The notes under the pieces were generated by a model that saw nothing but the letters and a program-made list of their open reading frames with translations, was not told the DNA's origin and made no database searches. This document shows positions 1 through 11,793 of a stretch of 64,000 bases of DNA, one piece after another (within the stretch, counting starts at the first letter, position 1; each line of letters opens with the position of its first letter). Location of the stretch: the NCBI GenBank assembly GCA_951406725.2, contig OX597824.1, forward strand, positions 14,322,001 through 14,386,000. The letters run 5' to 3'. This stretch comes from Octopus vulgaris. Lineage: Eukaryota. The position numbers and the translations under genes were made by a program.

Positions 1-2315
1 TTGAAACACCCTCCTACCTTGCTCCAAAGAAGGTCATAGTCATTTCATCTGCAGGGAAGGTGAGGGCCTCAGTTGTTTGGGCCTGGCTTAAAATATACCC
101 AATTATTTTGTTATAAATCTATATTTATATATAATAATGTGGTTATTAATAACATCATTTTACTACCATGTGGTTTCAAGCTCATCAATAGCAGTGGAAT
201 TACAATTTCATTTCCCCTGCTGGACACTTTTCATCAACTGTGCTTTTTGACACAATAAAGTGGTTAACACTGTATTGTGGCTTTCTGTTAATAATATCCA
301 CATTAAGTAAGACATGCAGATTGCTGTTTGATACCAATACTGTTTCTATCACTATTAACAAATCGTCATCATTATGTCGACTTTCCATCCTGGCATGGGT
401 TGGACAGTTTGACTGAAGACTAGCAAGCCAGGAGGCTGCACCCAGCAGCAATCTGATCTAGTAATGTTTCTACAGCTGGAGACCCTTCCTAATACCAACC
501 ATTCCAAGAGTGTAGTGAGTGGTTTTTATTATATATAATTGTGTTCTGAGTTCAAATCCTTTCATAACCTACATGGCTTGTAGGCTTAAATTGTTGTCTG
601 GTACCATGTTTACCTTTAGCAGAGTTGACTCTGTGGCAAACATTGACCCAAGTCTCTAGTTTGAAAACACCCTCCATTTTCCTTGCTACTACTTGGAGAT
701 GCCATAAAGGAAGAATCATCAGCCTCTTGACTAAAAGATTAAAAAGAAAATATCTCTAGATCATCATCATTTAACGTCCATTTTCAATGCTGGCATTGGA
801 CGGTTTGCCTAGGACTGGCAGGCTGAAAGAGCTGCATCAGGTTTTGGTTTTGTTTCTACAGTTCAACACCCTTCCTATCCTGAACCACTTTAGAGAGTAC
901 AGGGTGCTTTTTACATGGCACCAACACCAACAGATTCACAAAGTAACTTGCAAGACAAAAAACCTCTTCAGCTAGGAGGGGAGCATTAATCAAGGTGGTT
1001 TAGGATATCAATTCTACTGTGATGCGCAGGTCTATACTCTGTGACTGCAAAGACCTGGCAAATGATGTGAGTTCATGGCTGTTTCCTGCACCAGTTTCGC
1101 ATAGCAGCCCCAGCCCATCCAAAGTACCTTGGATTGCAGAATGACCTGCTGTGCTTACCTTGGATCATGGGGTGACCTGCTGTGCTTGAGGAGACCTATT
1201 GAGTCAAGTATATCAACATCAAAATAAATATCAAATGGAAATTGTAGTTGCGATACCTGTGCCGGTGGCACGTAAAAAGCACACCCGAATGTGGCCAATG
1301 CCAGCGCCACCTTGACTGGCTTCTGTGCCAGTGGCACGTAAAAAGCACCAACCGATCGTGGCTGCTGCCAGCCTCCCCTGGCACCTGTGCTGGTGGCACG
1401 TAAAAAGCACCCACTACACTTACGGAGTGGTTGGCATTAGGAAAGGTATCCAGCTGTAGAAACTCTGCCAGATCAGACTGGAGCCTGGTGCAGCCTCCTG
1501 GCTTCCCAGACCCCGGTCGAACCATCCAACCCGTGCCAGCACGGAAAACAGACGTTAAACGATGATGATGATATCTTTATCAATATTTTGTTTAGTTTCA
1601 TTTTCTCCAAACATTATAATTGTTTTTTGACATAATTATTTAGAACCTTTTGACCGAAGATGGAATACTTCTTCTGTTGGAACAGTGAATCTTGAAGCAT
1701 ACAAATCTGTAAACAATAACACATAAATATTGGGCTTCAAAAAAACCTCTGACTTTTTCAATCCAAAGGGTTTCTGAACCCAATATTTTTACACTATTGT
1801 TTGTAGCTTTGTATTCTTTGAGAATCGAAAAAGGAATTATATTTTTTGATTGTGTAGAAATAGATCTTCACTCTCAGAGTGTTTGGCATTAGGAAGGGTA
1901 TCCAGCTGTAGAAACTCTGCCAGATCAGATTGGAGTCTGGTGCAGCCATCTGGTTCGCCATACCTCAGTCAAATCGTCCAACCCATCCTAGCATGGAAAG
2001 CGGACGTTAAACGATGATTATGGTGATTGTATAGAAATGTAAATTACATTCCAAACGCTAGCTTAATATTGACAAAGTTACTTTATTGAATTTTTCATTA
2101 TTTTTGAAATTAATTAAAATTGTGGACGAATATTTCAACAGAAATATGGCAACAAATAGGTTAAGTATTTTTACCAGTGACTAAAGCTCTGAATCAATAG
2201 TCAGCTTACATAAACATATGCTGCCTCTTTTCATATCTTCTTTTACAAAGACATACAGAAGTTCATCAAAATTTTCCTCCTCAAACTCTTCACATGCTTC
2301 TGTGTATTTTTGCAG

Positions 2316-2435
2316 GTGATCCTCGGAGAAGTGTCAAAAGATACAACTATTTTAACTCCTAGTCATATGGTATCAAGTGGGCCAAAAGTAGAAAACAACA
2401 CACATTTCTTAAGTAAAAAGAAACGAATATCAGAG
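2316..2435 (+). CDS. WDR43: WDR43/UTP5 internal exon (first visible; gene starts upstream of window)
   Basis: tttttgcag|...|gtatgg; 120 nt, phase 0/0; VILGEVSKDTTILTPSHMVSSGPKVENNTHFLSKKKRISE, the linker before the UTP12/Dip2 domain. Confidence 0.8.
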
Positions 2436-2661
2436 GTATGGCTAGACTTTGATTTCTATCTGCTGTTTTATGCATTCTCATTCACATTGCTCTTTATTTT
2501 ATACATTCTTGCAGCCATCATTACTATAATCATCCTTTTTTTATTGTATACACCATTTTATACATACTGATAGCTTTATTTTATACATTCCTTGTACACG
2601 TTGCTATATTTTTTATACAATTTTGTACACATTGGTAAGTTTATTATATATCCTTTTATAT

Positions 2662-2764
2662 ATTGTGATGTATATTTGCCATTTAAATATGGCTAACCTC
2701 TAAGGGTGGATAGCATCCACCCTTAGGGGTTAGCCATACTTAAATGGCAAATATATGTCACGAT
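2662..2764. repeat. ~50-bp-arm near-perfect hairpin in a WDR43 intron
   Basis: Arms 2662-2711 and 2715-2764, loop agc, 5 transition mismatches. Confidence 0.85.
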
Positions 2765-2873
2765 GTGTTGCAGCTACTGTTTATAACTCGCTCTGAGATT
2801 TATTATTGATTTTATATATTATTATATATATATATATATACTTTATTTAAAGCAGCAGAAAATTCAACAAAAT

Positions 2874-2911
2874 CTGTTACTCCGAGTTTCTCGTTGCCGT
2901 TCATCAGACAG
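2874..2911 (-). ncRNA. Second (antisense) copy of the hammerhead motif
   Basis: Exact reverse complement of 3040-3077. Confidence 0.7.
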
Positions 2912-3039
2912 TTTTTGCTAGAATAGAACCAATATATCGATTCAGTCTATACTCTTACAAACGCTACACCTTTAAAAAAAATGGACTTGTTTGTAAGAGT
3001 CTAGATTGAATTGATATATCAGTTCCATTCTAGCAAAAA

Positions 3040-3077
3040 CTGTCTGATGAACGGCAACGAGAAACTCGGAGTAACAG
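3040..3077 (+). ncRNA. Minimal type I hammerhead ribozyme motif
   Basis: ctgt-CTGATGA-a cg gcaa cg a-GAAA-ctc g gag-TA-acag: helix I ctgt/acag, GNRA-capped helix II, short helix III, GUA cleavage triplet. Confidence 0.75.
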
Positions 3078-3311
3078 ATTTTGTTGAATTTTCTGCTGCT
3101 TTAAATAAAGCATATTACTCTACCACTGATATTTGAGTACTCTTTTTTCCACCTTGTTTCACATTTATGTGTTTACTCCGGTATATATATATATTATATA
3201 TCCTACTATCTTTATTTTATAGATTTTTGTTACCTTTAGTTTATTTTGTATGTCCTCTACATTCTATTACGACTTTGTGTTTGAAAATTGTCTGTGTGTC
3301 TCTTCTTTCAG

Positions 3312-3452
3312 CTTTCCTTACAAGATCGTCTAAAGGCCATCAACTATGACCAGTCAGTAGAAGTTCCAACGACAAATCAACCCCCTCTCGCAGATTCTAT
3401 GGCTGTTCTATTAACCCAAGGCCTTACTAGTGAAGATAGATCAATTTTAGAT
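3312..3452 (+). CDS. WDR43: WDR43 exon
   Basis: ttctttcag|...|gtaagc; LSLQDRLKAINYDQSVEVPTTNQPPLADSMAVLLTQGLTSEDRSILD, matching human WDR43 SIEERL...VLLTQGLESND from memory. Confidence 0.92.
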
Positions 3453-4805
3453 GTAAGCTAGATTTTTATTTCATTCCATCTTAACTGTTTTAAAATGTGG
3501 CTGTTGTAAGAGTTGACTATTGTTGTGAATGTTAGGCGTAGGAGTGGTTGTGTGGTAAGTGGCTTGCTTACGAACCGCATGGTTCCGGGTTCAGTCCCAC
3601 TGCGTGGCACCTTGGGCAAGTGTCTTCTACTACAGCCTCGAGCCGACCAAAGCCTTGTGAGACAGAAGCTGAAAGAAGCCTGTCGTGTGTATGTATGTAT
3701 GTTTGTGTGTCTGTGTTTGTGCCCCCAACATTGCTTGACAACCAATGCTGCTGTGTTTACGTAACTTAGCGGTTCGGCAAAAGGGACTGATAGAATAAGT
3801 ACTAGGGGTCGATTTGTTCACAAGAGTGTGAAGTGGGAGTATAAAAGATGGTTAACCATGGGGGGGGGTAGAGGTGAGTGTAGTGGATGATGAACAAAGG
3901 TGGAAGTGCGGTTGACTGGAAATACCAGTATGGAGAGGGATAAGGTGAGGGCTATGGAAGTTGCTCAGGAAGGATTGGGATGTAGTGAGATGATGTACAA
4001 GGTGTAAAATATTGATTTTTTTTTTTTTTTTTTTACTATATATATATTTTTATATATATATATATTGAGCTTGCGAAGACCTGTTGAGGCAAGTGAAATC
4101 GAAATCGATCAAAAATCAATGGAAATTGTAGTTGTGATACCAGTGCCGGTGGCACGTAAAAGAACCATCGGAACGTGGACGTTGCCAGCGCCGCCTTGAC
4201 TGGCCTCCATGCCGGTGGCCCGTAAAAAGCACCAACCGATCGTGGCCGTTGCCAGCCTCGCCTGGCACCTGTGCCGGTGGCGCGTAAAAAGCACCCACTA
4301 CGCTCACGGAGTGGTTGGCGTTAGGAAGGGCATCCAGCTGTAGAAACACTGCCAGATCAGACTGGGTCTGGTGCAGCCTCCTGGCTTCCCAGACCCCAGT
4401 CAAACCGTCCAACCCGTGCTAGCATATATATATATATATATATATTTATTTATTTATTTATTTGCTCGTAGTACAATGTTTTGTCATGTCTATGTGTGCA
4501 TTACTATGAAATAATTTTCTGCATTTATCAATGTTTAATCAGGGGTTTCCAATCAAATGTCCTTCAGTAAATAATAAATAAAGGAACTCAAATGGATATG
4601 TATTGTCTCATTGTTAAATTAGACCATTTTGGGTTGAGTTAATTGGTTTCACTGTTATTTAACGATTGATCTGAAATCTCAAACGTATCCCTCTCAAATC
4701 GGTGATAAAGGTAACTTGGAAGCTACGTGATAAAATGTCTTTGTTAAATTTGTGCCACACTTGATTTTGTATGATTGATTTGTTTCCTTTCTCTTTTTTT
4801 CACAG

Positions 4806-4927
4806 AATGTTCTTCGTAAAGAACACAGTGAAGCTATTATACAGAATACAGTAAGAAAATTAAATATACAAGCTGTTATTCCTTTAATGAATGAACTTTC
4901 TCGGCGAATGAGTAAACCACATTTAGT
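4806..4927 (+). CDS. WDR43: WDR43 exon (UTP12 domain)
   Basis: ttttcacag|...|gtaagt; NVLRKEHSEAIIQNTVRKLNIQAVIPLMNELSRRMSKPHL; ends in phase 2. Confidence 0.92.
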
Positions 4928-6051
4928 GTAAGTTGGCTCTTTTAAATTCTTTTGAATTATATCCCTTTTTGCTACCCTACCCCCTGTACCAGTTTCAATA
5001 GCAGAGTAAGGTGTCTCCTAGTGTGGACTGGATGTTTTTTACATGGCACCAGAAAACTCTTCAATAAATACACATAATTTTCTTTGATTTCATTTTCACT
5101 ATGTCTGACACCAGCATGGCTGTATGGTAATGAAGTTTGCTTTGTAACCATGTGGTTTCAGGTTCAGTCCCATTGCGTTTGACTCTAGGCTAATTGTCTT
5201 CTGCTATAGCCTTGAACCAACCAGTGCCTTGTGAGTGAGATTGTATATTCATGACAGCATTTTCCCACATATTGATGAATGTATGAGCTGAGTGAAGTTT
5301 TGACTACCATTTCTTGGAATTGGACGAAAGCATTTAGGATGCTTCTCTGGATTATATGTCTGTCAGTTTGGCTCTTGTGTAACGTAAATTAGATTGATGC
5401 AATCTTTACATTGCCACCAGATTTATAAATTCTCAGCAGGAGAATATTGTGGATTATGTTGGATGTACTCCGTACCTGCAGCTGGATTTGAAGGAGTGAA
5501 AGGCAAAAGTTGACCTGAGCTGTCTTTAAACTATGAATGAATGCCATGAGCAAATATAAACACTGACTACCATTCCTTTCAACTTAGCTTAATACATGCT
5601 GGCGTATTCAGTTGTCTTGAAATTGTTGTTTGTATATGAAGCTAGAATCAAATTCTGAACCAATCATAGCCGTTTGCCAGCCTCCTCTGGCCCCTGTGCC
5701 AGTGGCACTTAAAGAACACCATTTGAGCGTGGCTGTTGCCAGTACCGCCTGACTGGCCCTTGTGCCGTGGGACATAAAAGCACCCACTTCACTCACGGAG
5801 TGGTTGGTGTTAGGAAGGGCATCCAGCTGTAGAAACACTGCCAGATCAGACTGGAAGCTGGTGCAGCCTCCTGCCTTCCCAGACCCCGGTCGAACCGTCC
5901 AACCCATGCCAACATGGAAAACGGACATTAAATGATGATGATGAAATATAGAAATGTTTGATTCACTGAACTCTTAAATAACCATTTTAGATCAGTTTTT
6001 TTTTTATAGGTATGGTTTGGTAAAATATTTTTTGTTTTGTTTTTTCTTCAG

Positions 6052-6115
6052 ATTGCCAATATATGTCCAATGGGTTAAAGTTATATTATCCATCCACACA
6101 TCATATCTAATGTCA
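6052..6115 (+). CDS. WDR43: WDR43 exon (UTP12 domain)
   Basis: ttcttcag|...|gtaagt; (V)LPIYVQWVKVILSIHTSYLMS resembles human MVQWLKCVLTVHASYLST; phase 2/0 fits the neighbouring exons. Confidence 0.93.
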
Positions 6116-7051
6116 GTAAGTATAGCACAGCCTATTGTCATAAACCATTCTCTTTTACTCTCTTTTACTTGTTTCAGTCATTTGACTGCGGCCATGCTGG
6201 AGCACCGCCTTTAGTCGAGCAAATCGACCCCGGGACTTATTCTTTGTAAGCCCAGTACTTATTCTATCGGTCTCTTTTGCCAAACCGCTAAGTGACGGGG
6301 ACGTAAACACATCACCATCGGTTGTCAAGCAATGGTAGGGGGGACAAACACAGACACACATACATATATATATATATACATACGACAGGCTTCTTTCAGT
6401 TTCCGTCTGCCAAATCCACTCACAAGGCATTGGTCGCCCCGGGGCTATAGCAGAAGACACTTGCCCAAGATGCCACGCAGTGGGACTGAACCCGGAACCA
6501 TGTGGTTGGTAAACAAGCTACTTACCACACAGCCACTCCTGCGCCTTGTCTTGAAATTGTTGTTTGTATATGAAGCTAGAATCAAATTCTGAACCAATCA
6601 TAGCCGTTTGCCAGCCTCCTCTGGCCCCTGTCCCAGTGGCACGTAAAAGGCACCCACTACACTCATGGAGTGGTTGGCATTAGGAAGGGCATCCAGCTGT
6701 GGAAACACTGCCAGATCACTCCATTCGTGAATTTTAACTTTGCTATTTCTCAATGTAGTGAACAGTCATTATTAAACCATGAGGGCGCCAAGCTGGCAGA
6801 ATTGCTGGCACACCGGGTGAAATGCTACGTTTTGAATTCAAATTCCACCGAGGTCAACTTGACCTTTCATCCTTTCTGGGTCAGTAAATTAAGGACCAGT
6901 GAAACACCAGGGTCTATGTAATTAACTAGTCCCCTCCCTGAAAATTTCAGGTCTTATGCCTATAGCGAAAAGGATTATTATCAAACTATGAGATAGGAGA
7001 TCTATTTTTATCTGAGTACACTCAACTAGGTAGGCCACCCTTTATCTAACT

Positions 7052-7291
7052 CAGTGGTTCTCAGTCAGGGGCCTTTTGACCCTTGTTGGGTATCAGATAA
7101 GATTTTGCCATTAAAATTTATAAGCAATAAACTGGCTACACTTCTGCAATACACAAAATATTTTTTTTGAAATTTTTTATACAATTCCTTATAATATAAA
7201 AATATAGGATTTTTGAGGGTCTACTTGAGTAAAATAGAAATCTTAGGTGTTCACAGGTAAAAAAAAAAAATGAAGTGGTTGTGAACCACTA
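7052..7291. mobile_element. Degenerate hAT MITE
   Basis: cagtggttctc...gtgaaccacta; imperfect TSD atctaact/atctgatt. Confidence 0.6.
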
Positions 7292-8367
7292 ATCTGATTC
7301 CTGCGTTCTTTTACAATGGGGGAGGATTTGACCTGGTCATCAGTTTTTCAGTCATCCAACATTTAATTAACTTAGAAACCTTAAATAATTCTTAACCCTT
7401 TCATTACCAATCCGGCAGAAACCAGCTCTGGCTCTGAGTACAAATGTCTTGTTTCCGTAAGTTCTTAGTCACAATTTATGTTCTTAACACTAGCTTAATG
7501 ATAACTAAGTTATTTTACTAAATTCTTTGTTATATTTAAAGTAATTGGAAGAAACACAGAGTGTCTAACGAAAGGATTAATCTTTGTTTGCCTCACAATT
7601 CCTCCAGCTTATAAGGGATTGTGCCAATGTTATTTTGCATGTATTGTACATTGTTACTCTTTCCAAACACTTTGACCCCTTTTTTTTTACCATTTTTTGT
7701 CGAACTCCATTGACTTCTCTTTTGACTAATTTTTAAGATAATCAGGAATTTAGTAAAATAATTTTGCCATTATTAACCCTTTAGCATTTAAACCGGCCAT
7801 ATCCGGCCAAAAGTATTCTGCCTGTTTTATGTTCAAACTGGCCAGATCTGGTCTTTCACACCAACTCTACAATATCATTTTAAAAATTAACAGGTACCTC
7901 ATCAAAATCTCATAGCTACAAGATTAATGCCTGATTAGTTCAAGGCAATGTGGATAAAAAGGGATTAATTTTGGCAGAATAATGTGAACACTAAAGGGTT
8001 AAGCTAGTTTTTAGAACATAAATCAGCATAACATTTTGATTCACTTTAAAACAAGAACATGTCTTGTAGAAGCAAGGGCAGTCTCAGGCAGTTTGGTAGT
8101 AAAAGAGCTAAATTCTTGTGGCTTGTTTCACCCCCAGCCACACACCATTGCATATCTTTAAATTCAAGCTACAGAATAAGCTGTCTGCCTCCATGTCCCA
8201 GGTGATTTTGATACATTTACTAACAAACTCCTCTCGTTGATTAAAACTTTCCAATACTTCAGTTTTCTATATAATTTTTGTCAGTAAAAGCTCTAGAAAT
8301 GATCTCTTCCTTATTTTCATTTTCGTTGTTTATTTAGCTATTTTTTATTTTTGTTGTATTTCATTAG

Positions 8368-8481
8368 TTTCCAGATTTAATAGACAGTTTAAGTTCATTG
8401 CATCGTTTACTGGATACCAGAGTGGCCATGTTTTCAAAGCTAACTCGATTGCAAGGCAAGTTAGGATTATTATTATCTCAG
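8368..8481 (+). CDS. WDR43: WDR43 exon (UTP12 domain)
   Basis: tttcattag|...|gtgagt; FPDLIDSLSSLHRLLDTRVAMFSKLTRLQGKLGLLLSQ resembles human [38 protein letters not shown]. Confidence 0.94.
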
Positions 8482-8790
8482 GTGAGTTGGTTTATTGAAT
8501 TCTCTTTATTTACCACACATTTCTCTTGCTTAGCATTGTTTTTGTGAAAACTGTTGTCTTTAATGGAACTGCAGCCGTGGGTGAAGCTAAAACCACAACT
8601 GCAGCGGTCAAGCACTTCAGGGAAACTCGTCCAAGCCATGCCAACATGAAAAAAAAAAAAGCTTGACATAAAAGCAGCAATGATGTGATTGTTGTTATTG
8701 TTGCTGTTTCCAATAAATTTGTCCTTTGTTTCTTCTGAATTCATAAATTAAGTACCAGGCACACAAAGGAGTAATTCAGCATCATCATCA

Positions 8791-9165
8791 GTGGAGGTGC
8801 AATGGCCCAATGGTTAGGGCAGTGGACTCGCGGTCGGAGGATCGCGGTTTCAATTCCCAGACTGGGCGTTGTATGTGTTTATTGAGCGAAAACACCTAAA
8901 GCTCCACGAGGCTCTGGAAGGGGGGGGGTGACCCCTGTTGTACTCTTTCGCCCCAAATTTCACTCTTTCTTCCTGTTTCTTATCCCCAACTTCCTACATA
9001 ACCGCTGAGCCTGGATTCGCATTCATCCATCCATCGATGGTCTCGGTGTCAGGGGTTGACCTGCTTTCTCTTCTGCGGGTCTTACAAATAGCAAAGGACC
9101 TCGTTTCGGACTTCTCCTGTCTTGCGAGCTCTGGGACGGAGACCGTTCCCTCAACAGCAACAGCA
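8791..9165 (+). mobile_element. Fourth tRNA-derived SINE family (also 45591-45817 and 45919-46235)
   Basis: gtggaggtgcaatggcccaatggttagggc head, ggtttcaattccc B box, shared body to about 8978. Confidence 0.8.
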
Positions 9166-9263
9166 TCGTCATCAGTTCTAATGTCCATTTACTGCCCACA
9201 TTGAGACGTTCTGAATCCTCCAGAAATTTCTCTCTTTTTAATTATGTTAATCTGTTCTTGCAG

Positions 9264-9336
9264 CTCACGTCTCGGCATCAAGATGAACAGGAAGACACTC
9301 AACAGGAACAGCATCCGCTCCTTGTTTACCAAGATG
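9264..9336 (+). CDS. WDR43: WDR43 exon
   Basis: ttcttgcag|...|gttggt; LTSRHQDEQEDTQQEQHPLLVYQD; ends in phase 1. Confidence 0.88.
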
Positions 9337-9419
9337 GTTGGTTTATTTATTTTAAAAAATTGTTTTTTAATTTTTTTTTACCTGTTTGCATCACTAAACT
9401 TATTGTATACAGCTGTATG

Positions 9420-9466
<47 letters not shown>

Positions 9467-9469
<3 letters not shown>

Positions 9470-9630
9470 CTTGACTGACCAGTCTATCTGGCGTCCATTT
9501 GACACCGCTGGTCACTCCTCTCTGGATCGTGCCTTCCTCATCCATGTGATCCCAATCGGCCTCCTGAAATTGTAACTCCACCGTCGTGGAGAGCCTTCCG
9601 AGTGGTCGTTTCGACTCTCGCAGGTACCAC
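9467..9630 (-). mobile_element. RTE-like LINE 3' end adjoining (TA)n
   Basis: WYLRESKRPLGR resembles the RTE W.P...KR..GRP motif; ends at the TA microsatellite. Confidence 0.55.
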
Positions 9631-10484
9631 AAAATAAATAGTTTGATAAACAATGAAAATAAAATAAAATATATATATTTAATGTCTGGTCCATGCTGCT
9701 ATGGGTTGGATGGTTTGACCAGAGCTGGAAGGCTGAGCCAGGATCCAGTCTGATTTGGCATGGTTTTCTATGGCTGGATGCCCTTCCTAACACCAACCAC
9801 TCCAAGAGTGTAATGGGTGCCATTTGTATGACACCAGTGTCTTCCACGACTGTGATTTTGCTCGGCTTGGTGGGTCTTCTTCTCAAACATGACATAATGC
9901 CAAAGGTCTCAGTCATTGCCTCTGTGAGGCCCAACACTCAAAAGGAACTCAGCAACTTTCCCCTCTGTGAGGCCCAACATATGTATGGTGCTGGTGACAC
10001 ATAAAAACCATGCCATAACTGACCTTGCTTGAGCTGGTGCCATTAAAAAAACACTCAGTCTACTCTGTGTGGGGTGGTTGGTGTTAGGAAGGGCATCCAG
10101 CTGTAAAAACCATGCCAAAACACACACACTAGCCTGATATAGGCTTCTACCTGGCCTGCTCCTGTTAAACCGTCCAACCCATGCCAGCATAGAAGGTAGA
10201 CGTTAAATGATGGTGGTGTGTGGCTTGGTGGTTAGGGTCTTCAGTGTATTTTAAGCTTCATTACTGGACCATGAACGTTCTGAGTTCAAATCCTGCCGAG
10301 GTCGACTTTGCCTTACATCCTTTCGGGGTCGATTAAATAAGTACCAGTTACGCACTGGGGTTGATCTAATCGACTTAATCCATTTGTCTGTCCTTGTTTG
10401 TCCCTTCTGTTTTTAGCCCCTTGTGGGCAATAAAAAAAAAATGCAATGAACATAATAATAATGCTAATTCTGTTTCTTCAACAG

Positions 10485-10555
10485 CTTCATCCGATGAAGA
10501 AATGTATTTTAGGAAGAACTTAGATGACGCAATGCCCTGTGAATCTGGATCAGAG
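10485..10555 (+). CDS. WDR43: WDR43 exon (acidic tail)
   Basis: ttcaacag|...|gtaatc; (A)SSDEEMYFRKNLDDAMPCESGSE; phase 1/0. Confidence 0.85.
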
Positions 10556-11793
10556 GTAATCATTATCAAATCAATTTATTTGGTGTTTCATTTGCTGAAA
10601 ACTCTTCAGCCTTCATTTTTTTTTTTTTTTTCTCCAAGAAAATCATTTAATTACAAAATTGAGTATTTTCAGTGTTTATTAACCATTTTTAGGCTTGCTT
10701 TCTGGAATGCGGAATTGTCTCATGCAAATAGTTTCTATAAGACTAGTATGGTAACCTTTCTTATGTTTAAGCATACCATAGCAATCATATTTTGATTTGT
10801 CTTTGTTGATGGTAAGCCTAACACATCACACAGTCTAACGTTACCGGGTCCTTGGGTGCAATAATCTGGACCAGTCTCTGCATATCCCCCACATGTCCTT
10901 CCCCTGTAAACTAGAGGGTTTTGGTGGCACTGGGTGTGGTTGACACTGTCCTCAAAACAAGATTTTCTCTTCCCTTTACTCCACAAAAAACAATACTACA
11001 AACAGTAACATGGAATCAGAAGCAAATCTACTTGACAATTCTGAGCTTAAATGCAAACATTTTGGTCCAGTCCAGACCTTTCCATACACAATTGTAGCCA
11101 CCCATCCAATTCTTCTATATTTAACCCTTCTCTGCTGCCCTTATTACACTCTGTATTCCAACTTCCCTCTGAATTATGCTGCCTCTGCTTATTTGGAATC
11201 CGCTCTTCCCACTCCCTTGAATGTCCCCCAACAAAGACTCCCTGTTACTCTTGTCTCAATGTCTCTCTGCCCTGTTCTTCTGAGTTCATTACTACTTCCT
11301 TAATTCTTCCACTTGCCATTAGCTCTCTCATATTATCTAACACTGAAAGCAGGCACCACACATCTTATTACGAAACACACATATCCCACTTCTTGACTCC
11401 TAACCAACTAACTGGTCAGGCTCCAACTGTTCAACTCTATCCAATGCTACTGCGTAGCCAGTTATGTGTCATATCAGTTGAGGTATATATAGCGGCGAGC
11501 TGGCAGAAACGTTACCACGCCGGGCGAAATGCGTAGTCGTATTTCGTCTGCCGTTACGTTCTGAGCTCAAATTCCGCCAAGGTCGACTTTGCCTTTCATC
11601 CTTTCAGGGTCGATAAATAAAGTACCAGTGTTGCACTGGGGTCGATGTAATCCCTTTCTCTGCCCTTGTTTGTCCCCTCTGTGTTTAGCCCCTTGTGGGT
11701 AGTAAAGAAATATATATATATATAGCTTATGAGATTTTAAAAAAATATATATCTAAAAAATGAAGGAAATGTTGAGTATTGTTGCTGATCACT

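Larger units (their letters stand above)
2841..3181 (+). mobile_element. Penelope-like pLTR fragment with inverted 5' copy, inserted in (TA)n
   Basis: Inverted arms 2841-2962 and 2989-3110, 71-nt unpaired tail, (TA)n on both sides, hammerhead motif in each arm. Confidence 0.7.

Noticed and set aside
3535-3610. tRNA genes at SINE heads
   Set aside because: A/B boxes continue into SINE bodies, with no canonical cloverleaf or terminator
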